The notes: a model not told the origin generated them from the sequence alone. A stretch of 64,000 nt of DNA from Syntrophales bacterium (GCA_035366835.1 DAOSIS010000015.1:23949-87948), one strand, 5' to 3'. Positions 54,742 through 64,000 are shown, counted from the first letter of the stretch. Numbers and translations are program-made.

Positions 54742-55491
54742 CTACAGTTCCAGAACCGCGTCATCCATGGCGGCGAAGGCAGACGGAAAGGTCCTTCGGG
54801 CGACAGCCTCCGCCTCCCTGCGGTCCGCGGGCGAGGCGTACTCGACTGCATCGAAGTGGACAAGGGCAAGCCTTTTCGCGCCCGCATCGACGGCGATCCG
54901 CGCGGCCGTTTCCGGGTTCAGGTGCGGCCAGGCTTCGTTGCTTCTCCCTTCCCGGTAAGCGCACTCCGCGATCAGCAGGTCCGCCCCGGCGGCCAGACGG
55001 ATGGCGTTTTCGCAGTAGCCCGTGTCCGGGCAGTAGGCGATGGTATGCCCGGCGAAACGGAAGCGGTAGCCGAGAGTCAGGGACGCATGGAGGAGGGGTC
55101 TCGCCTCCACCGGAAAGGGGAGGGAGGCGCCCTCGTCGGGCAATTCGCATACGGCCGTGGGGTAGGGCAGGCCGTTGAGGGGGACGGTGAAGGGCTGGTT
55201 CATGATCGTGTCCAGGACGGTCCTGGTTCCCGCGGGTCCGCAGACCGTCAGTTTTCCGAGACGGAGCTTGCAGAGCGTGTGCAGTCCGACGATGTGGTCC
55301 AGGTGAAAATGGCTCAGAAAGAGAAAGGTGCCCCGTCCCGGCGCGGTGTAGCGGTCCAGCTTGGCGATCCCGTAGCCGGCATCCAGGACGACGTCGAAAT
55401 CGTCGGCGCGGATCACGATGGAAATGGTGTTGCCGGTGACGGAGTCATACCACCCGTTTGTTCCCAGAAAAACCGCGTCCATCCCGTTCAA
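54742..55491 (-). CDS. MBL-fold metallo-hydrolase
   Basis: 249 aa. LSHFHLDHIVG motif. Confidence 0.8.
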   Translation of the reverse strand: MNGMDAVFLGTNGWYDSVTGNTISIVIRADDFDVVLDAGYGIAKLDRYTAPGRGTFLFLSHFHLDHIVGLHTLCKLRLGKLTVCGPAGTRTVLDTIMNQPFTVPLNGLPYPTAVCELPDEGASLPFPVEARPLLHASLTLGYRFRFAGHTIAYCPDTGYCENAIRLAAGADLLIAECAYREGRSNEAWPHLNPETAARIAVDAGAKRLALVHFDAVEYASPADRREAEAVARRTFPSAFAAMDDAVLEL

Positions 55492-55787
55492 CCTCCCGTG
55501 ATGAGCCTTTTCGCCCGGGCGAAAACCTCCGCCCGGAACTGGGGATAGCCGGGGATGACCCGGTTGAGGAACTTCGTGGTGTACTGGCTGTCGTAGGCGA
55601 GCAGATGCTCGTAGTCCCGCTTCTTGCCGCGGAACTCCATCTGCTTCAGGACCTCTTCCTGGTAGATCTCCTCCAGCTTCCCCGCGTACTGATCGACAAG
55701 ACGGCGCCTCGTGTCGTCGTCGAGGGGCTGCAGCTTTCCCTCCCGTTCCATTTCATCCAGCCACTCTCCCGCGGCCTGCTTGAACAT
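55488..55787 (-). CDS. hypothetical small acidic protein
   Basis: Internal Met (MFKQAAGEWLDEMEREGK...) preceded by GGAGGAG at a 6-nt spacing. 4-nt overlap with the downstream MBL gene. Confidence 0.55.
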   Translation of the reverse strand: MFKQAAGEWLDEMEREGKLQPLDDDTRRRLVDQYAGKLEEIYQEEVLKQMEFRGKKRDYEHLLAYDSQYTTKFLNRVIPGYPQFRAEVFARAKRLITGG

Positions 55788-55910
55788 GATTGGCTCCTCC
55801 TTCCCGCGGATGACCTGCAAGAAATGCCCCTACCCCTACCACATTCGCTTCCGGGCGACAATCGGATTGCAGCGGCGCGCTCAAGTTTCGGGGCCGTTCG
55901 TCCGATCCTC

Positions 55911-56381
55911 ATGAAGGAGGCTCTGGAAGTGTATCGCATCCTGCTGGCTGTCACGCTTCTCGTCGTGTCGGGTCCTGCCCGGGCCGGGGAGTCTCAGTAT
56001 GCAACAGCCAATGAACTGTTGAGCGGATTGAAGACGGGCACGACGTGGGTGGCGTCATACCGGTACAGGGAGTTTGACTGTTCCGTTCAGTCGACGACCC
56101 TGTGGCATCTTCTCAAGGAGAAGGGAATACGCGCGAAAATCCTGTACGCCGTATCCTTCGACGAAAGGGACAGGCTGCGGAGAGACCATGCATTCCTCAT
56201 CGCGGAGCTGGACGGGAGGACGCACAGCATCGAGGCCACCTTGCTGGAAATACGGGACACCCGCTTCCTCTCCCACGGGTACTACGTGATCGGTCTGTAC
56301 GACTCCCCGGAAGAGGCGAGCCGTGAATGGCCGGGGGATTTTCTGCGATGGGACCTCTCAAGACTTCAAAAGGGAAAGTGA
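55911..56381 (+). CDS. hypothetical exported protein
   Basis: C-terminal part of ORF 55458..56381. Signal-like YRILLAVTLLVVSGPARAGE. The start is ATG 55911 or GTG 55929 (after AAGGAGG). Confidence 0.5.
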   Translation: MKEALEVYRILLAVTLLVVSGPARAGESQYATANELLSGLKTGTTWVASYRYREFDCSVQSTTLWHLLKEKGIRAKILYAVSFDERDRLRRDHAFLIAELDGRTHSIEATLLEIRDTRFLSHGYYVIGLYDSPEEASREWPGDFLRWDLSRLQKGK

Positions 56382-56536
56382 CGGCGATCCAACTGCCGCC
56401 CCGGGGCCGATCGGAAGGACGGCGGCGGCCGCATGCCTGTGCGGCGGGGGCCGATGATGGGTTTCGGCGTCGGCCGGCGATGCCGGCTCCGGGCCGCCCT
56501 TGAGCGTTGTTCGATCTGCAGACGGAGGTGTCCGCA

Positions 56537-57214
56537 ATGCCCAAACTGATCGTGGCCGTCGACGGCATGACCTATCAGGCGGCGTCCGAAGCGAAGGTGT
56601 TTTCAACGCTGTCGAAGGCGTGGGAACAGGGATTGATCTGGGGGGTCAAAGTCAGCGACATGCTCTACGGAGGCGACTCCGCGAAGATCATCACGTCCCT
56701 GAAGGACGATTTCAAGCTCGGCGTCATGGCGGATGTGAAACTGCACGACATTCCCTCGACCATGGAGAACAGCCTCGCGAAGCTGACCAACGCCGGGGCG
56801 AACATCGTGACGATCCACTGTTCCTCCAATTTCCGCCCGAAGAACGCCGAACTGCTGAAATACATCGCCGGTGTGACCGCCCTGACCTCGTTCACCGATC
56901 TCGAGATCAAGTGGATCTATGACAAGAGCACACAGGAGATCGTCAAGGCCTTTGCGGACATGGCCCTCATGAACAGCTACGAATACATCATGTGTTCCGT
57001 GAAGGACCTGAATTACATCCGGGAGATCCCGCTGAAGAAGATCTGCACGGGCATCCGGCCCGCATGGTACTCCGACCGGCACGACCAGGTGCGGATCGCC
57101 TCCGTCAAGGAGGCATCGCGGCTGGAAGCGGATTTCATCATCCTGGGCAGGCCGATCATGCAGTCCAGGAGCATCCTGGAGGCGATCGAGAAGGTCTGCC
57201 GCGAGATTTCCTGA
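56537..57214 (+). CDS. pyrF: orotidine 5'-phosphate decarboxylase family protein
   Basis: MPKLIVAVDG...ADVKLHDIPST...GIRP...DQVRIASV...FIILGRPI match the OMP decarboxylase motifs. The sequence looks divergent. Confidence 0.7.
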   Translation: MPKLIVAVDGMTYQAASEAKVFSTLSKAWEQGLIWGVKVSDMLYGGDSAKIITSLKDDFKLGVMADVKLHDIPSTMENSLAKLTNAGANIVTIHCSSNFRPKNAELLKYIAGVTALTSFTDLEIKWIYDKSTQEIVKAFADMALMNSYEYIMCSVKDLNYIREIPLKKICTGIRPAWYSDRHDQVRIASVKEASRLEADFIILGRPIMQSRSILEAIEKVCREIS

Positions 57215-57224
57215 CCGGTGCCGG

Positions 57225-58217
57225 TCAGCGCCGGCGGGGAAGGACCTCCGGGTTCACCGGATGAGGCGGGACCTTGCCGGTGAGGCCCGCGATCAGGTTC
57301 TCGGCCGCCATGACGGCCATGCGTGTCCGGGTGGCGTGGGTCGCGCTGCCGATGTGGGGTACGACGAGGCAGTTCTTCAGGGTCAGGAGCCTGTGGTCGG
57401 CGGGCAGGGGCTCCGGCTCCGTGACATCGAGCGCCGCACCGGCGATTCTCCCCTCTTGCAGCGCCTCGTACAAGGCATCCGGATCGACGACCGGACCCCG
57501 GGAGGCATTCACGAGGATGGCCGTCGGCTTCATGGCCCCGAGTGCGCGCCTGCCGATGAGATGGTGCGTCTGCGGCCCGAGGGGCACATGGAGGCTGACG
57601 AAATCGGCCCGGCCGAGCAGTTCGTCCAGAACCGTACAGCGGATCGCCCCGGCAGGAAGGGGCACGTCGGCCGGTGCGAAGGGATCGTAGTAGAGGATCT
57701 TCATGTCGAAGCCGGCCGCCCGCTTCGCCATGGCGCGGCCGATCTGTCCCATCCCCACAATCCCCAGGGATGCACCGTGGATGTCCCGCCCCAGCATGAG
57801 CATGGGCTGAAAGGTCGTCCAGAGACCGGCACGGACGAAGTCTGCGCCTTCCGGCAGGCGGCGCGCCGCCGCCATCAGCAGTGCAAAGGCGAGATCCGCC
57901 GTGGTTTCCGTGAGCACCCCCGGGGTGTTGCCGACCAGGATTCCCCGCTCCGTGGCGGCAGGGACATCGATGTTGTCGTAGCCCACGGCGAAATTGCTGA
58001 CGACTTTCAGAGTCGGCCCCGCCGCGTCGAGGAGTTGCCCGTCGATCCGGTCCGTCAGAAGCGACAGCAGCCCGTCAACGCCCCGGACCTTTTCCATCAG
58101 GACGTTGGGGGGAGGCGGCGCGTCCTCCCGCCAGACTTCCGCGTCGCAGGCATCGAGGACCCTGTTCAGTCCCTCTTCGGGCAGGATCCTCGTTACGAAC
58201 ACCTTTGGCTTCTTCAT
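57225..58217 (-). CDS. D-isomer-specific 2-hydroxyacid dehydrogenase (glyoxylate/hydroxypyruvate reductase type)
   Basis: Internal Met (MKKPKVFVTRILPEEG) of ORF 57225..58493. GIVGMGQIGRAMA NAD motif. VNASRGPVVD. PHIGSAT. Confidence 0.85.
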   Translation of the reverse strand: MKKPKVFVTRILPEEGLNRVLDACDAEVWREDAPPPPNVLMEKVRGVDGLLSLLTDRIDGQLLDAAGPTLKVVSNFAVGYDNIDVPAATERGILVGNTPGVLTETTADLAFALLMAAARRLPEGADFVRAGLWTTFQPMLMLGRDIHGASLGIVGMGQIGRAMAKRAAGFDMKILYYDPFAPADVPLPAGAIRCTVLDELLGRADFVSLHVPLGPQTHHLIGRRALGAMKPTAILVNASRGPVVDPDALYEALQEGRIAGAALDVTEPEPLPADHRLLTLKNCLVVPHIGSATHATRTRMAVMAAENLIAGLTGKVPPHPVNPEVLPRRR

Positions 58218-58248
58218 GCCTTTCCCTGCTTTTTCAAGTTCTTTGATG

Positions 58249-59184
58249 TCACGTCGCCGCCGCTGCGGCGCGCGCGGCCAGTTCCGCGTAGAGTTTTTCG
58301 TACAGGGGAACGGACAGCCCCCTTTCCTTGGCCGCCCTGACCACGTATCCGGCAAAGGTCTCCAGTTCCGTCCGCCGCCCGCGTTCGAAGTCCAGCTGCA
58401 TTGACGAGCGTGACGAATAGGGAAGCTGGCGGGCCATTTCGACGGATTTTGCGACGAGGCTTTCCGGCAGGTCGACGCCGAGGGCGGTTGCAAGGGTGCG
58501 GATTTCCCGCATCATTCCTTCCACCGTCCGCCGCCACTCTTCATTTTCGACGACAGCACCGAAGGGCTGTCCGGTGAGCGACGTGACGCATGCGTAGGGT
58601 GCGACGAAGAGAAACTTGGACCAGACATCTCTTCGAATCGATTCGGACAGGCGCACGGCGATGCTCGCTTCCTGAATGAACCGTTCCACGTGACGGTAGG
58701 GATCGATCGGACCCGAAACAGGCCCGAAAAGGATGCGGCAGGAGCCGCCCACCTGGTGGATGACGCCGGGCCGTTCGATGTAGCTGCTGATGTAGACGCA
58801 TCCCTCCAGGACGGTTCCCGCCCGGATCCGCGAGCGGATCCGGGCCCCGTTGTCCACGCCGTTGAGGAGCGGGATCAGGATCGTGTCATCGCCGATGTTG
58901 CCGGCAAGGGACGAGACGGCGTTCTCCAGGTCGTAGCCTTTTACGCACAGGAGGATCAGGTCGGCCCGACCGAGCGTTTCCGGCCGGTCCGTGGCAGCGG
59001 TGGGCACGGCGATGAAATTTCCGTCCACCGTCTGCACCGAAAGACCCTCCGCGCGGATCTTCTCCAGGTGAGCGCCGCGGGCGACAAAGGAGACGGCGTG
59101 TCCGGGCGCCGCAGCGTATGTCCGTGCCAGTTTGCCGCCGAAATACCCTCCGACCCCTCCGATCCCGACAATGATCGTTTTCAT
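58249..59184 (-). CDS. panE: 2-dehydropantoate 2-reductase (ketopantoate reductase) family
   Basis: 311 aa. MKTIIVGIGGVGGYFGGKLA and LLCVKGYDLE are typical of ApbA/PanE. Confidence 0.75.
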   Translation of the reverse strand: MKTIIVGIGGVGGYFGGKLARTYAAAPGHAVSFVARGAHLEKIRAEGLSVQTVDGNFIAVPTAATDRPETLGRADLILLCVKGYDLENAVSSLAGNIGDDTILIPLLNGVDNGARIRSRIRAGTVLEGCVYISSYIERPGVIHQVGGSCRILFGPVSGPIDPYRHVERFIQEASIAVRLSESIRRDVWSKFLFVAPYACVTSLTGQPFGAVVENEEWRRTVEGMMREIRTLATALGVDLPESLVAKSVEMARQLPYSSRSSMQLDFERGRRTELETFAGYVVRAAKERGLSVPLYEKLYAELAARAAAAAT

Positions 59185-59328
59185 AAGCCCTTCCTGTGAA
59201 GAGATTCTTTTCTTCCCCGGCTGCAGACAGGGGGAATTTCATCTTCGGTTACAGCCGGCGCCCGGAAAAGTCAAACGGTTTTGTGAAACTGCAGGGACGG
59301 CTGTCGCCGCCGGCGAAAAAAAAGGGGG

Positions 59329-59356
59329 TTGACTTTTCTTTCCACTGTGTTAAGAG
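59329..59356 (+). promoter_or_regulatory. candidate promoter of metK
   Basis: TTGACT (59329-59334), about 16 nt, TAAGAG, preceded by an A-rich tract. Confidence 0.3.
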
Positions 59357-59359
59357 CAG

Positions 59360-59456
59360 GCACGCGGTGATTTAAGGGTAAATTGCTCCGCGATATAAAT
59401 GTGCTAAAGCGCCAGGGTCGAGAAAGCCAGCCCGCGCAACAGCGCGGGTTTTTTTT
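59360..59456 (+). ncRNA. riboswitch-like 5' leader of metK ending in an intrinsic terminator (class unresolved)
   Basis: Two CGCGG and two CCGCG segments allow alternative pairings. Contains UGAUUU...AUUGCUCCGCG...GCUAAAGCG. Terminator CCCGCGC-AACA-GCGCGGG plus T8 (59431-59456) lies 54 nt before the ATG. Confidence 0.4.
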
Positions 59457-59509
59457 GCTCCGGTCCCCGGCGAGGCGGAAGTGACAAAAGAATTCAAGGA
59501 GAATTGGAC

Positions 59510-60697
59510 ATGCGCATCACATCGGAAAGCATCAAGGTGGGACATCCGGATATCGTGGCGGACATGATCGCGGCCAACATCATCGCCGAGATCCTCGACG
59601 AGGAAAAGAAACTGGGGGTGGGGCTCCAAAACATGCCCCATTGCGGTCTGGAGGTCTTCCTCGGCAGGGGCCTGTGCCTTGTCGGCGGAGAAGTCACGAC
59701 CCGCGCCAAGGTGGATGTCGAGCGGTCCGTCAGGAAGACGGTCCTCGATCTCGGATACGGGGACGTAGCCGTCGGGCTCGACGGCAGCACCATGAAGATC
59801 CTCAACGAAATCATCCCGCAGTCTCCGGACATCAACCAGGGGACGAGCGCCGTCCTGAATGTCAACCAGGAGGTCGGGGCCGGCGATCAGGGCATCATGT
59901 ACGGCTTCGCCTGCGACGAGACGCCGGAGCTTCTGCCGCTGCCGTACGTGCTGGTCAACCGGATGATGCGGGTCTTCGAGACCTGCGGCGATCCGGCCTT
60001 TGCGCCCGACGGGAAGGGCCAGGTCTCCATCGAATACGACGAAGAGACGAGGCGCCCCGTTCGCGTCGCGAAATGCCTCATGTCCAACGCCATCGACTAC
60101 CGCCACGTGGACAAGGCAAACAAGGACGGCGTCCGCGAAAAGGCGCGGAAGATCGCCTTCGATTGCCTCGGAAAATGGGCGGATTCCCACACGGAGTTTC
60201 TCTTCAATCCCACCGGTGAATGGCAGGCCGTCAATTCCTGCAGCGCCGCCGATTCGGGCGTGACCGGGCGCAAACTCGTCGTGCAGTTTTACGGCGGCTA
60301 TCCGGGGGCGCAGGTCGGGGGAGGCGCCGTCGTGAACAAATCGCCGGAGAAGGTGGACTGCTCGGCGGCCTTCGGCGCCCGGTACGTGGCGAAGAACATC
60401 GTGGCTTCGGGGTTGGCGAAGAAGTGCTCGGTGCAGCTCTCCTACGCGATCGGCGTGGCGAAGCCGTTTTCCGTCTATGTGGACACTTTCGGAACGGGCG
60501 CCGTTTCAAACTGCGTGCTGGCTGGAGTCATCGACAAGATCTTCGATCTCACCCCCGGCGGGATGATCCGCCGCTTCGATCTTCTGAGCGGCGACGTCTA
60601 CCGGAGACTGCCGAAGACCTTCTTCCTGGACGACTATCCCTGGGAAAAAACGGATCTCGCGGAGGAGATCCGGAAAGCGGCGAACGCCTGCGCCTGA
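59510..60697 (+). CDS. metK: S-adenosylmethionine synthetase
   Basis: ATG 59510 after AAGGAG. GHPDIVAD, GAGDQGIMYGFA and DSGVTGRK motifs. Confidence 0.9.
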   Translation: MRITSESIKVGHPDIVADMIAANIIAEILDEEKKLGVGLQNMPHCGLEVFLGRGLCLVGGEVTTRAKVDVERSVRKTVLDLGYGDVAVGLDGSTMKILNEIIPQSPDINQGTSAVLNVNQEVGAGDQGIMYGFACDETPELLPLPYVLVNRMMRVFETCGDPAFAPDGKGQVSIEYDEETRRPVRVAKCLMSNAIDYRHVDKANKDGVREKARKIAFDCLGKWADSHTEFLFNPTGEWQAVNSCSAADSGVTGRKLVVQFYGGYPGAQVGGGAVVNKSPEKVDCSAAFGARYVAKNIVASGLAKKCSVQLSYAIGVAKPFSVYVDTFGTGAVSNCVLAGVIDKIFDLTPGGMIRRFDLLSGDVYRRLPKTFFLDDYPWEKTDLAEEIRKAANACA

Positions 60698-60711
60698 AAA
60701 AAGCACACGGA

Positions 60712-60742
60712 CCATCGCCCTCCCGAGGGCGATGGCCTATTT
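60712..60742 (+). terminator. hairpin downstream of metK
   Basis: CCATCGCCCT-CCCG-AGGGCGATGG (10 bp) followed by CCTATTT. Confidence 0.45.
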
Positions 60743-61024
60743 CCCGCCGCCGGCCTCCCTGTCGCCGTCGGCAGGCGGTTCGGGCCTCCGGCCGTCGCGC
60801 CGGAGGTACTGGCGGATTTTCAGCCGGATCGATTCGGGGAGCTTGATGCCGACCGACCTGATCCGGCTTTCGTATCTGTCGGAGGACCGCGTGTGCTGCG
60901 ACATGTTGGTGGAGGTCTGGAAGCAGGAACGGACGCTTCTCTCCGGTTCGGAGCGCTGGATCTTGCTGCCGTAATTCTTCCCCCTCAGCGTGCGGTAACG
61001 TTCCGCATCCACGACCGTTTCCAT
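60737..61024 (-). CDS. hypothetical small basic protein
   Basis: 95-aa ORF with strong G/C third-position bias. No family recognised. Confidence 0.4.
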   Translation of the reverse strand: METVVDAERYRTLRGKNYGSKIQRSEPERSVRSCFQTSTNMSQHTRSSDRYESRIRSVGIKLPESIRLKIRQYLRRDGRRPEPPADGDREAGGGK

Positions 61025-61072
61025 CCAGCGGCCGTCGGCCTCGCCATAGTGGGCGGTTCGCAGGTTCGGAGC

Positions 61073-62119
61073 TCATCTCTTGAGCAGCGCCTTGATCTGT
61101 CCGACGGCCTCAGCGGCCTTCCGGCGGCCCTCGGCGATCGCTTCTTCCACACGGGAGAATTCCAGCGAACTGATGTCGGAGACGTCCGGAGCGATGAGGA
61201 CGTCGTGGTTTTCGTGAGCGAGGATGAGTTTGTTTTTCTGGTACTGTTGAATGTTGGCGGACGCGAGGAGGACGTCGAAGATGTTCAGGACGTGCGGCCG
61301 GGTCGGAGCGGTCTTCTTCGTGCCCCCGCCGAACTGCTCGCGAAGCACTTCGACGAAGTAGGAGTCGCGGATGGCGTTGCCGTTGAGCCGCCGGAAGATG
61401 TTGCGGGCAAGAGGCGCAATGCCGTTTTGAAATATTCCCGAGCCGGCCATGGCCGAAACGCGTTCCATGATCCAGGACGGCACGTCCACGTCCCTTTCCA
61501 GGACTCTTTTCTCCTCCCGGAGGACGGCTTTGCGGCGGACGCTGTCGAAGCGGTCGGGCATCCGCGGGTGGAGGTTCACGGCGATGGTGATGTCCGGCGC
61601 ATAGCGCTTGAGAACATCAAGGGGAAGCGGGTCGGTGACGCCGCCGTCGGTCAGCAGCCGGTCCATGTGGATGACGGGCTTGAAGATGCCCGGGAGAGAA
61701 ATGCTTGCCATGACGGCATCGACGAGGGGACCGCGGTCGATGGCCACCGTCTCGCCGGTGTGGAGATCGGTTGCGACGGCGGCGAATCGGACGGGCAGGT
61801 CTTCGATGTTCACATCGCCGAGGATGCTGCGGAGAAACGCCCGGGCTTTCTTCCCCGCCAGGAACCCCGAGCGGGGGAAAACGGGGTCGACATAGTAGCC
61901 GAGGGATTCGCGGAGCGTGAGGTCCCGGACGACGGTCTTGATCTTCCCGAGCGAGCCCGTGGCGTAGAGGGCGCCGACGAAGGCGCCGGCGCTCGATCCG
62001 ACGACGATGTCGACGGGGATGCCGTTTTCCCGAAGCACATCCATCACTCCGATGTGGGCGCCTCCCTTGGCACCGCCCGTGTCGAGCGCGATGCCGACCC
62101 GCGGCCTCTTCTTCACCAT
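61073..62119 (-). CDS. patatin-like phospholipase family protein
   Basis: 348 aa. Oxyanion DTGGAKGGAHIG, GxSxG in VVGSSAG, catalytic DGG in LTDGGVTD. Confidence 0.9.
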   Translation of the reverse strand: MVKKRPRVGIALDTGGAKGGAHIGVMDVLRENGIPVDIVVGSSAGAFVGALYATGSLGKIKTVVRDLTLRESLGYYVDPVFPRSGFLAGKKARAFLRSILGDVNIEDLPVRFAAVATDLHTGETVAIDRGPLVDAVMASISLPGIFKPVIHMDRLLTDGGVTDPLPLDVLKRYAPDITIAVNLHPRMPDRFDSVRRKAVLREEKRVLERDVDVPSWIMERVSAMAGSGIFQNGIAPLARNIFRRLNGNAIRDSYFVEVLREQFGGGTKKTAPTRPHVLNIFDVLLASANIQQYQKNKLILAHENHDVLIAPDVSDISSLEFSRVEEAIAEGRRKAAEAVGQIKALLKR

Positions 62120-62334
62120 GCCTTGCCGACCTTCCGCAGCAAAATCGTTGTCCGAGGAATGTCCTGGAGGAAGCGGCGGGATTTGTCAATATTTTTTCGC
62201 GGAGGGAGGATCGATGGATGGGCCGAAGGACTCTTCCCGGGAGTAATGACCGCCCGATGAACAATAGCCTGCGGGAATCATTGTCATTACGCGCGGGTTA
62301 TGATAAGGAAGCTGACAGCCGCGAGGGAAAGACG

Positions 62335-63969
62335 ATGGTACGTAAGCGGAAGGTCGGACCGACGCGAAGTTTCTCCCGGGAAACGGACGAGTTGAAGGCC
62401 CGCCTCAAGGAGGCGGAAGAGACCCTGGAGGCCATCCGTTCCGGCGCTGTCGATGCCATCGTTGTCTCCGGGAAAACGGGGGAAAGGATCTATACCCTCC
62501 AAGGGGCTGACCAATCCTACCGGCTCCTCGTCGAATCGATCAGCGAGGGGGCTCTCACGCTGAACGCCGACGGCACCATCCTTTATGGGAACCTTCAGTT
62601 CGCGACCATGCTGGGGATCCCGCTGGATCAAATCATCGGCACATCCTTCTTAGGCTGCCTGTTCGAGGACGACCGGCGCGTCATCGAGCGGGTATTCCGC
62701 CGGGGAGATCCCGGAATTTCGCGCCATCAGGTGGCCCTGATAACCAGGGAAGGGGAGGGTCTTCCCGTCCAGTTCTCCCTGAACATCGCGGATATCGCCG
62801 GTGACCGGATCTTTACAGCCGTCGTCACGGACCTGGCGGAACAGATCCGTTACCGGGAAATCGTCGACGAAGAAAAACTGCTTCGCTCCATCCTGGAACA
62901 GGAACCGGTTGGGATCGCCGTATGTGACGCCACCGGGCGGATCATCCGGTGCAGCCGGGCGCTCCATGAGTTTTGCCACGAGCCTCCCGAAAAGCGCTTC
63001 TTCGAGGATCTCCTCGACCTCCGATACGAGGAAAACGGCGGGTGGGAGAAGTTGTTGCCGGCCATTCCGCTCCAAGGCGTGTCTTTGTCTGTCGTCGACA
63101 GCATCCTTCGTTGTCCGGACGGGAAAGTCCGTTATCTCCTGACCAGCGCCGCACCCCTCTTGGACGGGCATGGGAAAACCGTCGGCTGTCTTATCGTCCT
63201 CAGGGACGTCACCGAACGCAAGGCGATGGAAGAGCATCTCGCCGCACAGACGGTCGAACTCCGGACGAGTCAGGCGCAGCTGATGGATGCGAACAAAGAA
63301 CTGGAGAGTTTCAGCTATTCCGTTTCTCACGACCTGCGTGCCCCCCTGCGGGCCATCGACGGATACGCGCGGATGATCATGAGAAAGCAGGGCGACGCGT
63401 TCGATGATGAGACCAGAGAGCGGTTCAATCTCATTCGAAAGAACGCCGGCATCATGGGGAAACTGATCGACGATCTCCTGGCCTTCTCACGCCTGGGCAG
63501 AAAGGAATTGCAGGCGACGGCGATCGACATGCGGAAGATGCTGGAGAGCATCTGGGAAGAGCTGCAGGACCTCCACCCACATCGGCGGATGATCCTGAAG
63601 ATCGGCGACTTTCCGCCCGGCTGGGGCGATCCGGCCCTCATCAAGCAGGTCCTTGTCAACCTCCTTTCCAATGCGGTCAAGTTCACCAGAGGTCGGGAGG
63701 AGGCCTTCATCGAAGCGGGCACCTGCATCGAGGACGGTATGACGGCCTATTATATCCGCGACAACGGCGTCGGCTTCGACATGCGGTACGCAGACAAGCT
63801 GTTCAACGTCTTTCAACGGCTTCACGACGCCGATGAATTCGAGGGGACCGGGGTCGGCCTGGCCATCGTCCTGCGCATCGTCAAACGGCACGGCGGCCGG
63901 GTCTGGGCGGACGGAGAAGTGGACAGGGGCGCCGGCTTCTATTTTTCGCTGCCGGCGCGGGGCGGGTGA
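62335..63969 (+). CDS. PAS-domain sensor histidine kinase
   Basis: Internal Met (MVRKRKVGP...) of ORF 62218..63969. Two PAS-like segments. H-box FSYSVSHDLRAPLRAI. N, G1 and G2 boxes (LLSNAVKF, DNGVGF, GTGVGLAI). Confidence 0.9.
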   Translation: MVRKRKVGPTRSFSRETDELKARLKEAEETLEAIRSGAVDAIVVSGKTGERIYTLQGADQSYRLLVESISEGALTLNADGTILYGNLQFATMLGIPLDQIIGTSFLGCLFEDDRRVIERVFRRGDPGISRHQVALITREGEGLPVQFSLNIADIAGDRIFTAVVTDLAEQIRYREIVDEEKLLRSILEQEPVGIAVCDATGRIIRCSRALHEFCHEPPEKRFFEDLLDLRYEENGGWEKLLPAIPLQGVSLSVVDSILRCPDGKVRYLLTSAAPLLDGHGKTVGCLIVLRDVTERKAMEEHLAAQTVELRTSQAQLMDANKELESFSYSVSHDLRAPLRAIDGYARMIMRKQGDAFDDETRERFNLIRKNAGIMGKLIDDLLAFSRLGRKELQATAIDMRKMLESIWEELQDLHPHRRMILKIGDFPPGWGDPALIKQVLVNLLSNAVKFTRGREEAFIEAGTCIEDGMTAYYIRDNGVGFDMRYADKLFNVFQRLHDADEFEGTGVGLAIVLRIVKRHGGRVWADGEVDRGAGFYFSLPARGG

Positions 63970-64000
63970 AACGCACACATTCTTGTTTTCACGGCCATTG

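Noticed and set aside
61024-61075. The small ORF 60737..61024 is in the same frame as the patatin gene, directly behind its TGA stop. I considered a second selenocysteine or read-through site.
   Set aside because: The patatin protein ends naturally (...IKALLKR). No Cys-type motif surrounds the TGA. No SECIS-like hairpin with a suitable apical loop follows it. The downstream ORF has its own ATG.
62184-62192. Recurring TGTCAATAT motif (4670, 30377, 62184), considered as a shared regulatory box or as minus-strand TTGACA promoters.
   Set aside because: Only the 30377-30382 copy has a matching -10 (TATAGT) and a downstream gene in the right orientation. The others lack a -10 and point into convergent or antisense contexts.
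1-64000. Scan for rRNA, tRNA (T-loop GGTTCGAATCC-type), CRISPR arrays, transposases, integrases and phage genes.
   Set aside because: Nothing convincing seen by eye. The only tandem repeats are the coding repeats inside the lectin gene. The low-GC island has no recognisable integrase or flanking direct repeats.

Overview
High-GC bacterial chromosomal segment. The gene content (YgiQ radical SAM, flavin reductase-rubredoxin, anaerobic GlpABC, a candidate selenoprotein) suggests an anaerobic Desulfobacterota/deltaproteobacterial-type organism, but that is inference only. I support about 60 protein-coding genes, several gene relics or pseudogenes, and no rRNA, tRNA, CRISPR array, transposase or integrase.

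Ordinary content:
- Metal handling: feoAB (partial), copZ-copA.
- Housekeeping: yggS, maf, rlmI, an rlmD-like gene, pyrF-like, panE-like, metK.
- Signalling: a GGDEF cyclase and a PAS histidine kinase.
- Anaerobic glycerol-3-phosphate dehydrogenase glpABC plus a glycerophosphodiester phosphodiesterase.
- Peptidoglycan enzymes: an L,D-transpeptidase and a VanX-type dipeptidase.

Unusual content:
1. An ORF missed by the six-frame track. It encodes a signal-peptide-bearing HMA/MerP-like protein with an in-frame TGA at the second metal-binding Cys position (CxxU), followed by a SECIS-like hairpin.
2. An Fe3+-type ABC importer operon that continues into a Slam/DUF560 (type XI secretion-like) outer-membrane protein. 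Its putative cargo fuses a FecR domain to a TbpB-like C-terminal barrel.
3. A minor-pilin operon ending in an 833-aa protein that combines a PilX-type N-terminus, an L-type lectin domain and tandem beta-repeats.
4. A visibly lower-GC island carrying two pilin genes behind a sigma54-type promoter. Two large TPR membrane proteins flank them (TMTC/PMT-like GT-C and Wzy_C/O-antigen-ligase-like), so I propose a pilin O-glycosylation module. The island sits beside relics of a ugp-type transporter and separates the phosphodiesterase gene from glpABC.
5. A gamma-glutamyl/N-acyl-amino-acid-type cluster with an atypical TRAP permease and a decayed GntR regulator whose operator palindrome is intact.
6. 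A repeated ~110-nt intergenic hairpin element.
7. A riboswitch-like terminator leader upstream of metK.

Many very long Arg/Pro/Gly-rich ORFs in the track are antisense artefacts of high GC.
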